From: a virus
Lineage: Duplodnaviria; Caudoviricetes
Direction: 5' to 3' (one strand)
IMG/VR virus record: IMGVR_UViG_3300031647_000035
Span: 1 to 31,276 of that record
DNA: 31,276 bases
Shown: piece by piece, positions 24,997-31,276 of the stretch
Layout of the letters: every line of letters begins with the position of its first letter
How positions within the stretch are numbered: the first letter of the stretch is position 1
The notes under the pieces: model-generated
What the model saw: only the letters and a program-made list of their open reading frames with translations
Databases searched by the model: none
Told to the model about the DNA's origin: nothing
Made by a program: the position numbers and the translations under genes

Positions 24997-25629
24997 ATGC
25001 CTCAAATAAGAAAGAAAGACCCCGCGGTAACTGAGAAGCGAGGCAGGGGCAGGCCCGTTTCGACTAAGAACTCTAAGCTTACGCGCAAGCAAGAACTGTT
25101 TGTGAAAGAGCTGGTGTCCAAGGACGGCCAGATCACTATGCGGGAGGCTGCTATTAATGCTGGTTACCCCGTTGCATCGGCGCACACTAGGGCTTGGGAA
25201 ATGACTAGCGCCCACATATGCCCTCATGTGGTATATGCAATTCAGTTGTACCGGCAGGAATTAGACGAGAAGTATGGCGTCAATTACCAGCGACACTTGC
25301 GAGACCTCCAAAACATCAGGGACATGGCGCTAACCAATGGGGCTTACTCTGCTGCGGTCCAAGCCGAGTATCGTAGAGGCCAAGCCCAAGGAGACATTTA
25401 CGTCTCTAAATCTGAGATTAGGCATGGCAGTATCGACAGCATGACAAAAGACGAAGTTGAATTAGCACTGAAGGAGTTAAAACAGACTTATGAGCCCATC
25501 ACTATCGACATTACTCCCGAAGGAGAGGGCAGTACCAGCAACCGCGACAAAGCGAGAAGCCGACTTGTGGAGAATGATGAAAGCGGGTTTGAAGAAGAGC
25601 TTGAGAGAATGGACCACAACACGCATTGA
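24997..25629 (+). CDS. terS: Terminase small subunit with N-terminal AT-hook-like motif
   Basis: LTRKQELFVKE...AAINAGY HTH block typical of TerS; AGGA RBS before ATG 24997. Confidence 0.8.
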   Translation: MPQIRKKDPAVTEKRGRGRPVSTKNSKLTRKQELFVKELVSKDGQITMREAAINAGYPVASAHTRAWEMTSAHICPHVVYAIQLYRQELDEKYGVNYQRHLRDLQNIRDMALTNGAYSAAVQAEYRRGQAQGDIYVSKSEIRHGSIDSMTKDEVELALKELKQTYEPITIDITPEGEGSTSNRDKARSRLVENDESGFEEELERMDHNTH

Positions 25630-25951
25630 AACGTGGGCGATGCCCGGTGTACCTGATGTTCTTACCTGCGATGAAAAGGGCGGGTTTCATTTTGTTGAAC
25701 TGAAGGCCACCGCGGGTAACGCATGTGATCTGCGACCACATCAAGTGGCGTGGCTTACTAAAAACGGTAAAGGCAGCGTCTGGGTGCTGGTCCGGAAGCT
25801 GGCAACAAAAAACAAACCGCAATCTTTCTATCTGTACCACGGCAGCCTTGCCATGGAATTAAAGATGGAAGGCCTAAAAGTTCCTCCGCTTTACTGGACA
25901 GACTCTGAGCTTGATTGGGACGTCATAATGAGCTTGATCTCTCCCATCTAA
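25490..25951 (+). CDS. PD-(D/E)xK nuclease (VRR-NUC/Holliday-junction-resolvase-like); start uncertain
   Basis: E..LW, RIE, PGVPD, FVELK, LRPHQVAW motifs. Confidence 0.8.
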   Translation: MSPSLSTLLPKERAVPATATKREADLWRMMKAGLKKSLREWTTTRIETWAMPGVPDVLTCDEKGGFHFVELKATAGNACDLRPHQVAWLTKNGKGSVWVLVRKLATKNKPQSFYLYHGSLAMELKMEGLKVPPLYWTDSELDWDVIMSLISPI

Positions 25952-25968
25952 TCTCATAAACTCGCATA
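25934..25968 (+). promoter_or_regulatory. Putative promoter with three phased motif variants
   Basis: TTGATC, 17 bp, TAAACT; TCCCATC/TCTCATA/TCGCATA at 10-bp spacing. Confidence 0.6.
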
Positions 25969-25994
25969 CTCTTGCAAACTAAAAAGGTAAAGGT

Positions 25995-26096
25995 ATGTTT
26001 TTTATTGATTGGCTGTATAAATTGCTATATGGCGAAGATGCTGCGAATGACCTAAACGAATCCCGTAAAAAGCCAACAACCAAGAGGCGTAAGTGA
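25995..26096 (+). CDS. Small protein (33 aa), not in ORF track
   Basis: AAAGGT RBS; MFFIDWLYKLLYGEDAANDLNESRKKPTTKRRK*; TGATG coupling. Confidence 0.65.
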   Translation: MFFIDWLYKLLYGEDAANDLNESRKKPTTKRRK

Positions 26097-26296
26097 TGAA
26101 AATCGAACGAGCGCAACTGATAAAGCTTCTGGACACTATGATGGAATATCAGAAATCTTTAATTGATAAGGGCGGCATGTCTCGCCAGAGCTGGGAGCTT
26201 TTGGATCGAGTTGAGGAAAGCATCAAGGAAACTAAAGACCAACGTAATGATATGGCTATACAACGGTGGGCCCTAGAACATAGCGGGAGCCGATAA
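26096..26296 (+). CDS. Hypothetical protein
   Basis: GAGG RBS, coupled start. Confidence 0.7.
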   Translation: MKIERAQLIKLLDTMMEYQKSLIDKGGMSRQSWELLDRVEESIKETKDQRNDMAIQRWALEHSGSR

Positions 26297-26298
26297 AC

Positions 26299-26487
26299 AT
26301 GTGCGACCGCAAGGTAATGAACCACGTAGAGTATAAGCGTAAGCTGAAAGGCATGTCGGAGGCCTCTTTAAGGTTTACGATTGCGGATTGTAAGGAGGCT
26401 CTAAAGGCGCTACCTGACTGTGATAACGCAAGCTACTACAGCGATGAGATAATTTATTGCGGTATGGAACTGAGCGACAGGCGGTAG
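26299..26487 (+). CDS. Hypothetical protein (62 aa)
   Basis: GGAG RBS; ends before a terminator. Confidence 0.7.
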   Translation: MCDRKVMNHVEYKRKLKGMSEASLRFTIADCKEALKALPDCDNASYYSDEIIYCGMELSDRR

Positions 26488-26507
26488 CCAAACTGCACTT
26501 TAAAGAG

Positions 26508-26533
26508 GCCCGGTTAACCCCGGGCTTTTTTTT
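26508..26533 (+). terminator. Intrinsic terminator, cassette copy 1
   Basis: GCCCGG-TTAACC-CCGGGC-T8. Confidence 0.9.
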
Positions 26534-26541
26534 GGGAGGGG

Positions 26542-26570
26542 TATACACGTATACTAAAGTATGCGATAGT
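26542..26570 (+). promoter_or_regulatory. Cassette promoter
   Basis: TATACA, 17 bp, TG-C-GATAGT; TATACTA/TATGCGA phased. Confidence 0.6.
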
Positions 26571-26601
26571 CACAAGCTCACTAACAAAAAGGCGATTAAT
26601 T

Positions 26602-26793
26602 ATGATTCAAGTAACCCCCGCTTACGGACGTGACTACACCACGGCGAAGGCAGCAAAGCAGGATTGGTACAATAACAAGGATTTTATGATCTCTGACATT
26701 AGTTCTAATTACGATGGTAAGCCCTGCTCGATTCGTGATGGCGTTAAAGTCACGATTCGTTACAACCGACTCACTAAACTGACAACTCCTTAG
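26602..26793 (+). CDS. Phage hypothetical protein (63 aa)
   Basis: AAAAGGC leader; TPAYGRDYTTAKAAKQDW...DF...IRYN pattern. Confidence 0.8.
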   Translation: MIQVTPAYGRDYTTAKAAKQDWYNNKDFMISDISSNYDGKPCSIRDGVKVTIRYNRLTKLTTP

Positions 26794-26805
26794 AGGCAAA
26801 TAGAT

Positions 26806-27081
26806 ATGGAAATCACATTACAAAACCACGAGTTTATGGAAGCTATTTACGCTTATTTAGAAAAAGAATATGGGCTATCGATAACTGAGGAGAACTTGCT
26901 GAACAATCCGATACTAGAGTATCGGGAAACAACGAATGTCTATCAGACTAATAAAAGCGGAAGCTTTAAACGCAAAAAAGGTAACCTCATCAAGGATCTC
27001 GAATTGTCCAGTGTGGTTGACATGTCGACCGACCTTGATTGGGATTCGACCATCACGCTATGGGTGGGTAAACAATCGTGA
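26806..27081 (+). CDS. Hypothetical protein (91 aa)
   Basis: GAGG RBS. Confidence 0.7.
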   Translation: MEITLQNHEFMEAIYAYLEKEYGLSITEENLLNNPILEYRETTNVYQTNKSGSFKRKKGNLIKDLELSSVVDMSTDLDWDSTITLWVGKQS

Positions 27082-27212
27082 ACAGGTTGCGAGAATCTAT
27101 CGAAGGCTGGGATCATCAAGTTGATGAGCCCGAAACTTGTTCGGAGGGCTATCCCTGCGATTACGACGAAGATGGATGGTGCAGTGAATGCGGCAACGTA
27201 GATGACCTTTGA
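27078..27212 (+). CDS. Small acidic Cys4 protein (44 aa), not in ORF track
   Basis: GTGA coupling; ...TCSEGYPCDYDEDGWCSECGNVDDL*. Confidence 0.6.
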   Translation: MNRLRESIEGWDHQVDEPETCSEGYPCDYDEDGWCSECGNVDDL

Positions 27213-27236
27213 CCTTCTAATCTAGCTAAACCCCAA

Positions 27237-27259
27237 GCCCGGTTAACCCCGGGCTTTTT
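27237..27259 (+). terminator. Intrinsic terminator, cassette copy 2 (identical 23 bp to copy 1)
   Basis: GCCCGGTTAACCCCGGGCTTTTT. Confidence 0.9.
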
Positions 27260-27265
27260 GGTATC

Positions 27266-27294
27266 TGGATATCTATGTTAAAGTATGCTATAAT
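27266..27294 (+). promoter_or_regulatory. Cassette promoter
   Basis: TGGATA, 17 bp, TG-C-TATAAT; TATGTTA/TATGCTA phased. Confidence 0.75.
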
Positions 27295-27324
27295 GTCAAG
27301 ACTCACTAACGAAAGGCGAAGGCA

Positions 27325-27735
27325 ATGAATGACGACGATTACGGTATCTCAGAACAAATATGTGGACAAAGCTTTTTGCGTGATCTTCAAGACAAACGTA
27401 GGAAGGTTGCGTTGGAAAAGCTTAAATGGCGCAAAATTATGGTTGAAGATACGCCCCCTGCAACTCGTAGGAAGGTCCTCAACAACATGTTCCCAGCGCC
27501 GCCCAAGGCTGACGCGGATGATCTCGAACTCCGGGGACTAAATTTGTTGGATAGAAGTCGGATGCCCTGCCCGCCGTTACCTTGCGGATCCGATGACGCT
27601 TGGCTGGACAACGCGGAGGCAAATCGACTGTATGCCTTTTCGATGATCGACGCCGCCGCGGTATTGCGAGCCCGCCCGAACCATCGCAACGCCCCGAATC
27701 TTCACGCCTTTGATGAGGCCTACTACAGCAGTTGA
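27325..27735 (+). CDS. Hypothetical protein (136 aa)
   Basis: Cassette leader CTCACTAAC-GAAAGGC upstream. Confidence 0.7.
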   Translation: MNDDDYGISEQICGQSFLRDLQDKRRKVALEKLKWRKIMVEDTPPATRRKVLNNMFPAPPKADADDLELRGLNLLDRSRMPCPPLPCGSDDAWLDNAEANRLYAFSMIDAAAVLRARPNHRNAPNLHAFDEAYYSS

Positions 27736-27761
27736 CTTTATCCTATACCCCCGTTTAAACT
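27732..27761 (+). promoter_or_regulatory. Cassette promoter
   Basis: TTGACT, 18 bp, TAAACT; TCCTATA in spacer; 5' hairpin CGGCT...AGCCG follows. Confidence 0.65.
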
Positions 27762-27811
27762 TGCTCGACGGCTAGGCAAAGCCGCAAACTAACTAACTAA
27801 AAGGCACCAAG

Positions 27812-28285
27812 ATGACTAAATTATTGAAAGACAGTGCAATAGATCTTTACACAACTCCCACAAGCTATGATGCTTTACTGGCATACATCAGCACCTTTTC
27901 AACTGCCGAACGGACGGCAGCGACTGTTTGCGCCCACATGGCATGGAACTTGGCTTGCTCCGTCGCTCGTGAGGAAGCGGGGCAATCCGATGAGGTCCGA
28001 CCTTTTCATCATCAGGACATTGCACTGGGCGATTTGATCCGGGACATCGTTAAAAACGAAGTAGAACCTACCGTCAGGTATTACGTTGATCAGGAAATGA
28101 CGAAAAGCGATAGCCGCTTTGACTTTGACACAATCGAGCAACGGTTTGTTGACGAACGTTCTTACAGTGACGACCGGTACATGATTGACGAAGAGGTCGA
28201 CAACGCCATCGTTCAGGCGTTCGACGAATACGATATCAGCGATCAGCTAACCGACCTTCTGGAAGGCGCGAGCATCAGCATATGA
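27812..28285 (+). CDS. Hypothetical protein (157 aa) with acidic C-terminal half
   Basis: AAAAGGC leader; D/E-rich tail. Confidence 0.75.
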   Translation: MTKLLKDSAIDLYTTPTSYDALLAYISTFSTAERTAATVCAHMAWNLACSVAREEAGQSDEVRPFHHQDIALGDLIRDIVKNEVEPTVRYYVDQEMTKSDSRFDFDTIEQRFVDERSYSDDRYMIDEEVDNAIVQAFDEYDISDQLTDLLEGASISI

Positions 28286-28461
28286 ACGCCTCCCAAATTG
28301 AAGCCATTCACGAGCTATTTATTAAAAACCCGGACGGGTGCGAAACGGTAGATCAGTTGAAGGCGCGAGCGTTTCCGGAAATTGGTTGCCCGGACACCTT
28401 GCTTTTAGATTGGTGCGGAATGGTGGTGGGAATTGAGCCAGACGGTTACCGGCATACTTAA
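28282..28461 (+). CDS. Small phage protein (59 aa), not in ORF track
   Basis: ATGA coupling; ends WCGMVVGIEPDGYRHT*, a C-terminal pattern recalled from other small phage proteins. Confidence 0.75.
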   Translation: MNASQIEAIHELFIKNPDGCETVDQLKARAFPEIGCPDTLLLDWCGMVVGIEPDGYRHT

Positions 28462-28484
28462 CCAGAGTAACTGGCACCACGTGA

Positions 28485-28508
28485 GCCCGGGACATCCCGG
28501 GCTTTTTT
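28485..28508 (+). terminator. Intrinsic terminator, cassette copy 3
   Basis: GCCCGGG-ACAT-CCCGGGC-T6. Confidence 0.9.
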
Positions 28509-28521
28509 ATGGACGCCACTA

Positions 28522-28561
28522 TATACATGAACGCATAACATCGCATAGAATCGCATAACAT
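28522..28561 (+). promoter_or_regulatory. Cassette promoter with triple 10-bp repeat
   Basis: TATACA, 18 bp, TAGAAT; CGCATAACAT-CGCATAGAAT-CGCATAACAT. Confidence 0.7.
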
Positions 28562-28579
28562 TAACCAAAAGGCGAAATC

Positions 28580-28651
28580 ATGTATTTATTTAGAGGCACC
28601 TATTACACCACCCCACAGGAAGTTTGGACTGTCGCGAGGTTATCAAAATGA
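28580..28651 (+). CDS. Short leader ORF (23 aa), not in ORF track
   Basis: Directly follows the AAAAGGC cassette RBS; MYLFRGTYYTTPQEVWTVARLSK*; ATGA-coupled to next gene. Confidence 0.55.
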   Translation: MYLFRGTYYTTPQEVWTVARLSK

Positions 28652-29352
28652 TTGTTTACGACGGACCTAGTAAGATAGACGGAAAGCCAATTATATGTAT
28701 AGCCACTCTTTCTAGCGCGAATCCTAAAACCGGGGTGATGGTTCAAACGTGGATTATGCGGGCGGACATAGAACCCCATTTGGCAATAAAAACGGGAGAC
28801 GATCAAAGCATCTGCGGAGACTGCCAGCATAAGCCCAGTAACGATGGTTCTTGTTATGTCGTAACTTTTCAAGCCCCGCTTTCGGTTTATCGTGCATACC
28901 ATCGTGGCATCTATGATTATAGGACAATAGATAAGTTTGCCGGAATGCCGCTCCGGCTTGGTTCCTATGGTGACCCGCTGGCTGTCCCTCTTTCAGCATG
29001 GCAGCCGCTGCTCGATATCACGAACGGGCGAACCGGGTACACTCATCAATGGAACAATAGAAAGGTTGCTTTCGATACTCGTTGGAAATCGCTCGTGATG
29101 GCATCCGCGGACAATCAAGAGCAAGCTTTAATCGCGCAAGCTACCGGGTGGCGAACCTTCCGGGTAACCGATGAGACATCCCCTAAAGTAAAAGGGGAGG
29201 CCGTTTGTCCAGCCAGCAAGGAGGCCGGTCATAAGATGCAATGCATAGATTGTCTTTCATGTTCCGGGCGAACGGGTAGCCGGTCTAAGGGTATCGTTAT
29301 CAATGCCCATGGTTCCCGTGCTAACAAGTATCAGCTTATAGCGTCCGTGTGA
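28648..29352 (+). CDS. Cys-rich phage protein, Gp88-like, possibly Fe-S/radical-SAM-related
   Basis: NPKTG, CGDC-x9-CYV, RLGSYGDP, GYTHQW, CPAS...CIDCLSC; start moved to ATG 28648 (GAGG RBS). Confidence 0.65.
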   Translation: MIVYDGPSKIDGKPIICIATLSSANPKTGVMVQTWIMRADIEPHLAIKTGDDQSICGDCQHKPSNDGSCYVVTFQAPLSVYRAYHRGIYDYRTIDKFAGMPLRLGSYGDPLAVPLSAWQPLLDITNGRTGYTHQWNNRKVAFDTRWKSLVMASADNQEQALIAQATGWRTFRVTDETSPKVKGEAVCPASKEAGHKMQCIDCLSCSGRTGSRSKGIVINAHGSRANKYQLIASV

Positions 29353-29374
29353 CGTAACAACTGGCACGACCTAA

Positions 29375-29399
29375 GCCCGGGAAGCCCCCGGGCTTTTTT
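29375..29399 (+). terminator. Intrinsic terminator, cassette copy 4
   Basis: GCCCGGG-AAGCC-CCCGGGC-T6. Confidence 0.9.
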
Positions 29400-29418
29400 A
29401 TGCCGCACTATATACACC

Positions 29419-29448
29419 TAGACAAACCCGCATAACATCGCATAAACT
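29419..29448 (+). promoter_or_regulatory. Cassette promoter
   Basis: TAGACA, 18 bp, TAAACT; CGCATAACAT-CGCATA repeat. Confidence 0.7.
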
Positions 29449-29477
29449 TCAACCTCATTAATCAAAAGGCAAGCAAT

Positions 29478-29738
29478 ATGACAATCGCACATTATAGGAA
29501 TCAATTGGAAGCTGACGGGATAGACGCGGAGGAAGTTTACAAAGTCGCAAACGTCGTCGAAAGAATGCACGAGGTTTTCACCCTGCTCAATCAGGACCAG
29601 CGCTTAGTCCTGCAACAGAAATTCGGGACGCGGATGATTGAAGCGCTAGAGGATTTCGGAGGCTATACCAATAAGCAAACGGATCTTGCTTTTCGCTTGC
29701 ACCTTTCAGCAAATGAATTAATCGAAGGGGAGGCGTAG
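29478..29738 (+). CDS. Hypothetical protein (86 aa)
   Basis: AAAAGGC leader. Confidence 0.75.
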   Translation: MTIAHYRNQLEADGIDAEEVYKVANVVERMHEVFTLLNQDQRLVLQQKFGTRMIEALEDFGGYTNKQTDLAFRLHLSANELIEGEA

Positions 29739-29741
29739 ATC

Positions 29742-29942
29742 ATGGTCGAACTCAGAAAAGTAAAACGCGGCGATTACTTTAAACTTGCTGCCGATAGCGC
29801 CCGGGTTTTTGTTCGAGGTGAATACATTCGCGGTAAGCGTGGTTTCTGGACGCCAACCTTTACTTGCTCATACTTTGACGATGTGAATCGCGAGCGCTTC
29901 TTACGTCCCGATCGCATGGTTGTGGTAGATTTCGACTTCTAA
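29742..29942 (+). CDS. Hypothetical protein (66 aa)
   Basis: GGAGG RBS; ends before a terminator. Confidence 0.75.
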   Translation: MVELRKVKRGDYFKLAADSARVFVRGEYIRGKRGFWTPTFTCSYFDDVNRERFLRPDRMVVVDFDF

Positions 29943-29965
29943 CCTCCCGATAACGCCTTGACTGA

Positions 29966-29988
29966 GCCCGCTACATGCGGGCTTTTTT
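29966..29988 (+). terminator. Intrinsic terminator, cassette copy 5
   Basis: GCCCGC-TACAT-GCGGGC-T6. Confidence 0.88.
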
Positions 29989-30014
29989 ATGGGCGGTTTA
30001 AATAGTGCAACAAG

Positions 30015-30470
30015 CCGGGCCGCGGGTCGCGAACGTACAGCCAAACTCATGGGCCGCGGGCACTGGTCCGGGACCAGCTATTGGTAAGCGTATGCGACAA
30101 TGACAAGTACCAGGTACTTTCTCACCTAATGGGATCATTAGGCCAGCCTAATGATCCGCGACCAGTTACCCGCGAACACCGGACCGGGAACCGCGAACAC
30201 TGAGCGCGACCCGTTACCCATTGGAAGTTAAAACGGACCGGGTGGAAGTGAAAACTGCACGTGTCTTTTAACTTCCAAATCGCGGACCTCGAACACTGGA
30301 GCGCGACCAGTTACCCGCGACCAGTTACCCGCGACCAGTTATCAATTGACCGGGTGCCGCGATAATTTGACCGGGTCCCCCGGCTATCGGGTCAATCCGC
30401 ACCTTCCCTGCATCGTTAGTCTTGGCGCTCAATCCGCGGCCCGGGCCTAAGTGACTACAGCTAGGGCCAT
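30015..30470. repeat. Non-coding block of direct and inverted repeats upstream of terL (candidate packaging/terminus region)
   Basis: CGCGACCAGTTACC at 30157 and in tandem x3 at 30302-30343; palindromes at 30063, 30105, 30132; 13-bp inverted repeat TTGGAAGTTAAAA at 30221/30266; TTGACCGGGT x2. Confidence 0.85.
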
Positions 30471-30567
30471 GTTTCTCTCAAATATTCACGTGTAATTTCC
30501 AACGAGCTTTAACTGTCTTATAAATGCGTGTAATATCGCATATGTACCGTGTGCCGCGACCCGATAT

Positions 30568-30583
30568 TGTTCCACGTGAAACA
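30568..30583. promoter_or_regulatory. parS: parS-consensus site (second copy)
   Basis: TGTTCCACGTGAAACA, exact match to TGTTNCACGTGAAACA; 37 bp upstream of the terL ATG. Confidence 0.8.
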
Positions 30584-30620
30584 TGTACAAGAGTCCGAAA
30601 AAATATTTACAGGGACCCCT

Positions 30621-31276
30621 ATGAGTGCAGCAAATAACCCGTCGCTGGATGAGAAAAAACTCAAGCTTGAGCTTCGGCTCGCGCAGCTAGAAAAGAATGA
30701 GACGTGCCAAAAAGATTTTTTACAATTTGTAAAAGTTATGTGGCCGGAGTTCATTGCTGGCCGTCATCACAAGATTATTGCGGACAAGTTGCAAAGGGTC
30801 GCGAGCGGTGAGTTAAAGCGTTTGATTATCAACATGGCCCCGCGGCACACGAAGAGTGAGTTTGCCTCGTTTTTGTTTCCGGCGTGGATGATGGGTAAGA
30901 ACCCTAAGATGAAGATCATTCAAGCGACTCACACGACGGAGTTGGCGGTTAACTTCGGTCGTAAGACTAAGAACTTGTTGGAGGTAGATAATTACCGGGA
31001 CATTTTTCCTGATGTAAAGTTAGCGGCGGACAGCAAGGCTTCTGGTCGGTGGGACACGCAAGCGGGCGGTATGTACTATGCCGTGGGCGTTGGGTCTAAC
31101 TTAGCGGGACGTGGTGGCGATTTAATTATTATTGACGATCCTCACTCGGAGCAAACGGCAATGTCCGCTTCTGGCTTTGATGATGCGTGGGATTGGTACA
31201 CGGGTGGTCCTCGACAGCGGTTACAGCCGGGTGGTTCTATTGTTATTGTTCAGACTCGGTGGTCGGAGAAGGATAT
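30621..31276 (+). CDS. terL: Terminase large subunit, N-terminal ATPase domain (3'-truncated, not in ORF track)
   Basis: GRHH, RLIINMAPRHTKSE (Walker A variant), GRGGDLIIIDDP (Walker B), IVIVQTRW; frame open to the window end. Confidence 0.95.
   Translation, partial: MSAANNPSLDEKKLKLELRLAQLEKNETCQKDFLQFVKVMWPEFIAGRHHKIIADKLQRVASGELKRLIINMAPRHTKSEFASFLFPAWMMGKNPKMKIIQATHTTELAVNFGRKTKNLLEVDNYRDIFPDVKLAADSKASGRWDTQAGGMYYAVGVGSNLAGRGGDLIIIDDPHSEQTAMSASGFDDAWDWYTGGPRQRLQPGGSIVIVQTRWSEKD

Larger units (their letters stand above)
1..31276. mobile_element. Tailed dsDNA bacteriophage genome segment (virion, replication, accessory and packaging modules)
   Basis: TerL, TerS, PolA, primase, two helicases, large internal-protein-like ORFs; dense, mostly co-directional genes with overlapping stop/start codons; no host housekeeping genes. 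Confidence 0.97.

Noticed and set aside
26508-29988. Repeated GCCCGG hairpins as CRISPR repeats or integron attC sites
   Set aside because: They have U-tracts and follow stop codons like intrinsic terminators, are separated by whole genes, and no integrase or attC end motifs were recognised
30157-30343. 14-bp repeats as a CRISPR mini-array
   Set aside because: Repeats too short, three are directly tandem with no spacers, spacing irregular, no cas genes
30481-30496. Third parS-like site around TTCACGTG (also CACGTG at about 30258 and 28478)
   Set aside because: Only the core matches; about six mismatches to the 16-bp consensus
30518-30754. 78-aa minus-strand ORF
   Set aside because: Antisense to the terL start and its leader

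Overview
The whole window is a large part of a tailed dsDNA bacteriophage genome. The gene content looks like that of abundant marine short-tailed phages, but exact group and host cannot be assigned without a database search. Order: (i) 1-11.4 kb, virion module with very large Gly/Gln/Ala-rich putative internal/ejection proteins; (ii) 11.4-19.9 kb, replication module (SNF2-type helicase on the minus strand, SSB-like protein, AEP-type primase, small HTH, UvrD-like helicase, family A DNA polymerase of the Leu762 type); (iii) 19.9-24.7 kb, small accessory and regulatory genes (RHH-like protein, AlpA-HTH with a membrane anchor); (iv) terminase small subunit and a PD-(D/E)xK nuclease; (v) 25.9-30 kb, an array of terminator-promoter-RBS cassettes carrying small genes; (vi) a repeat-rich non-coding block and the 5' part of the terminase large subunit. 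No integrase, ParA/ParB, portal, capsid or lysis gene is recognisable in the window. The most notable non-coding signals are: a candidate trans-acting sRNA (about 22834-22914) whose single-stranded core is complementary, mostly via G-U-compatible variation, to the ribosome-binding leaders of eight accessory genes; two consensus bacterial parS sites (19993, 30568) in 5' leaders; a 69-nt tRNA-like RNA with an ACCA end on the minus strand (23804-23872); and a 10-bp-phased TATGCGA/TCGCATA motif over most promoters. All of this was read by eye; no searches or folding programs were run.
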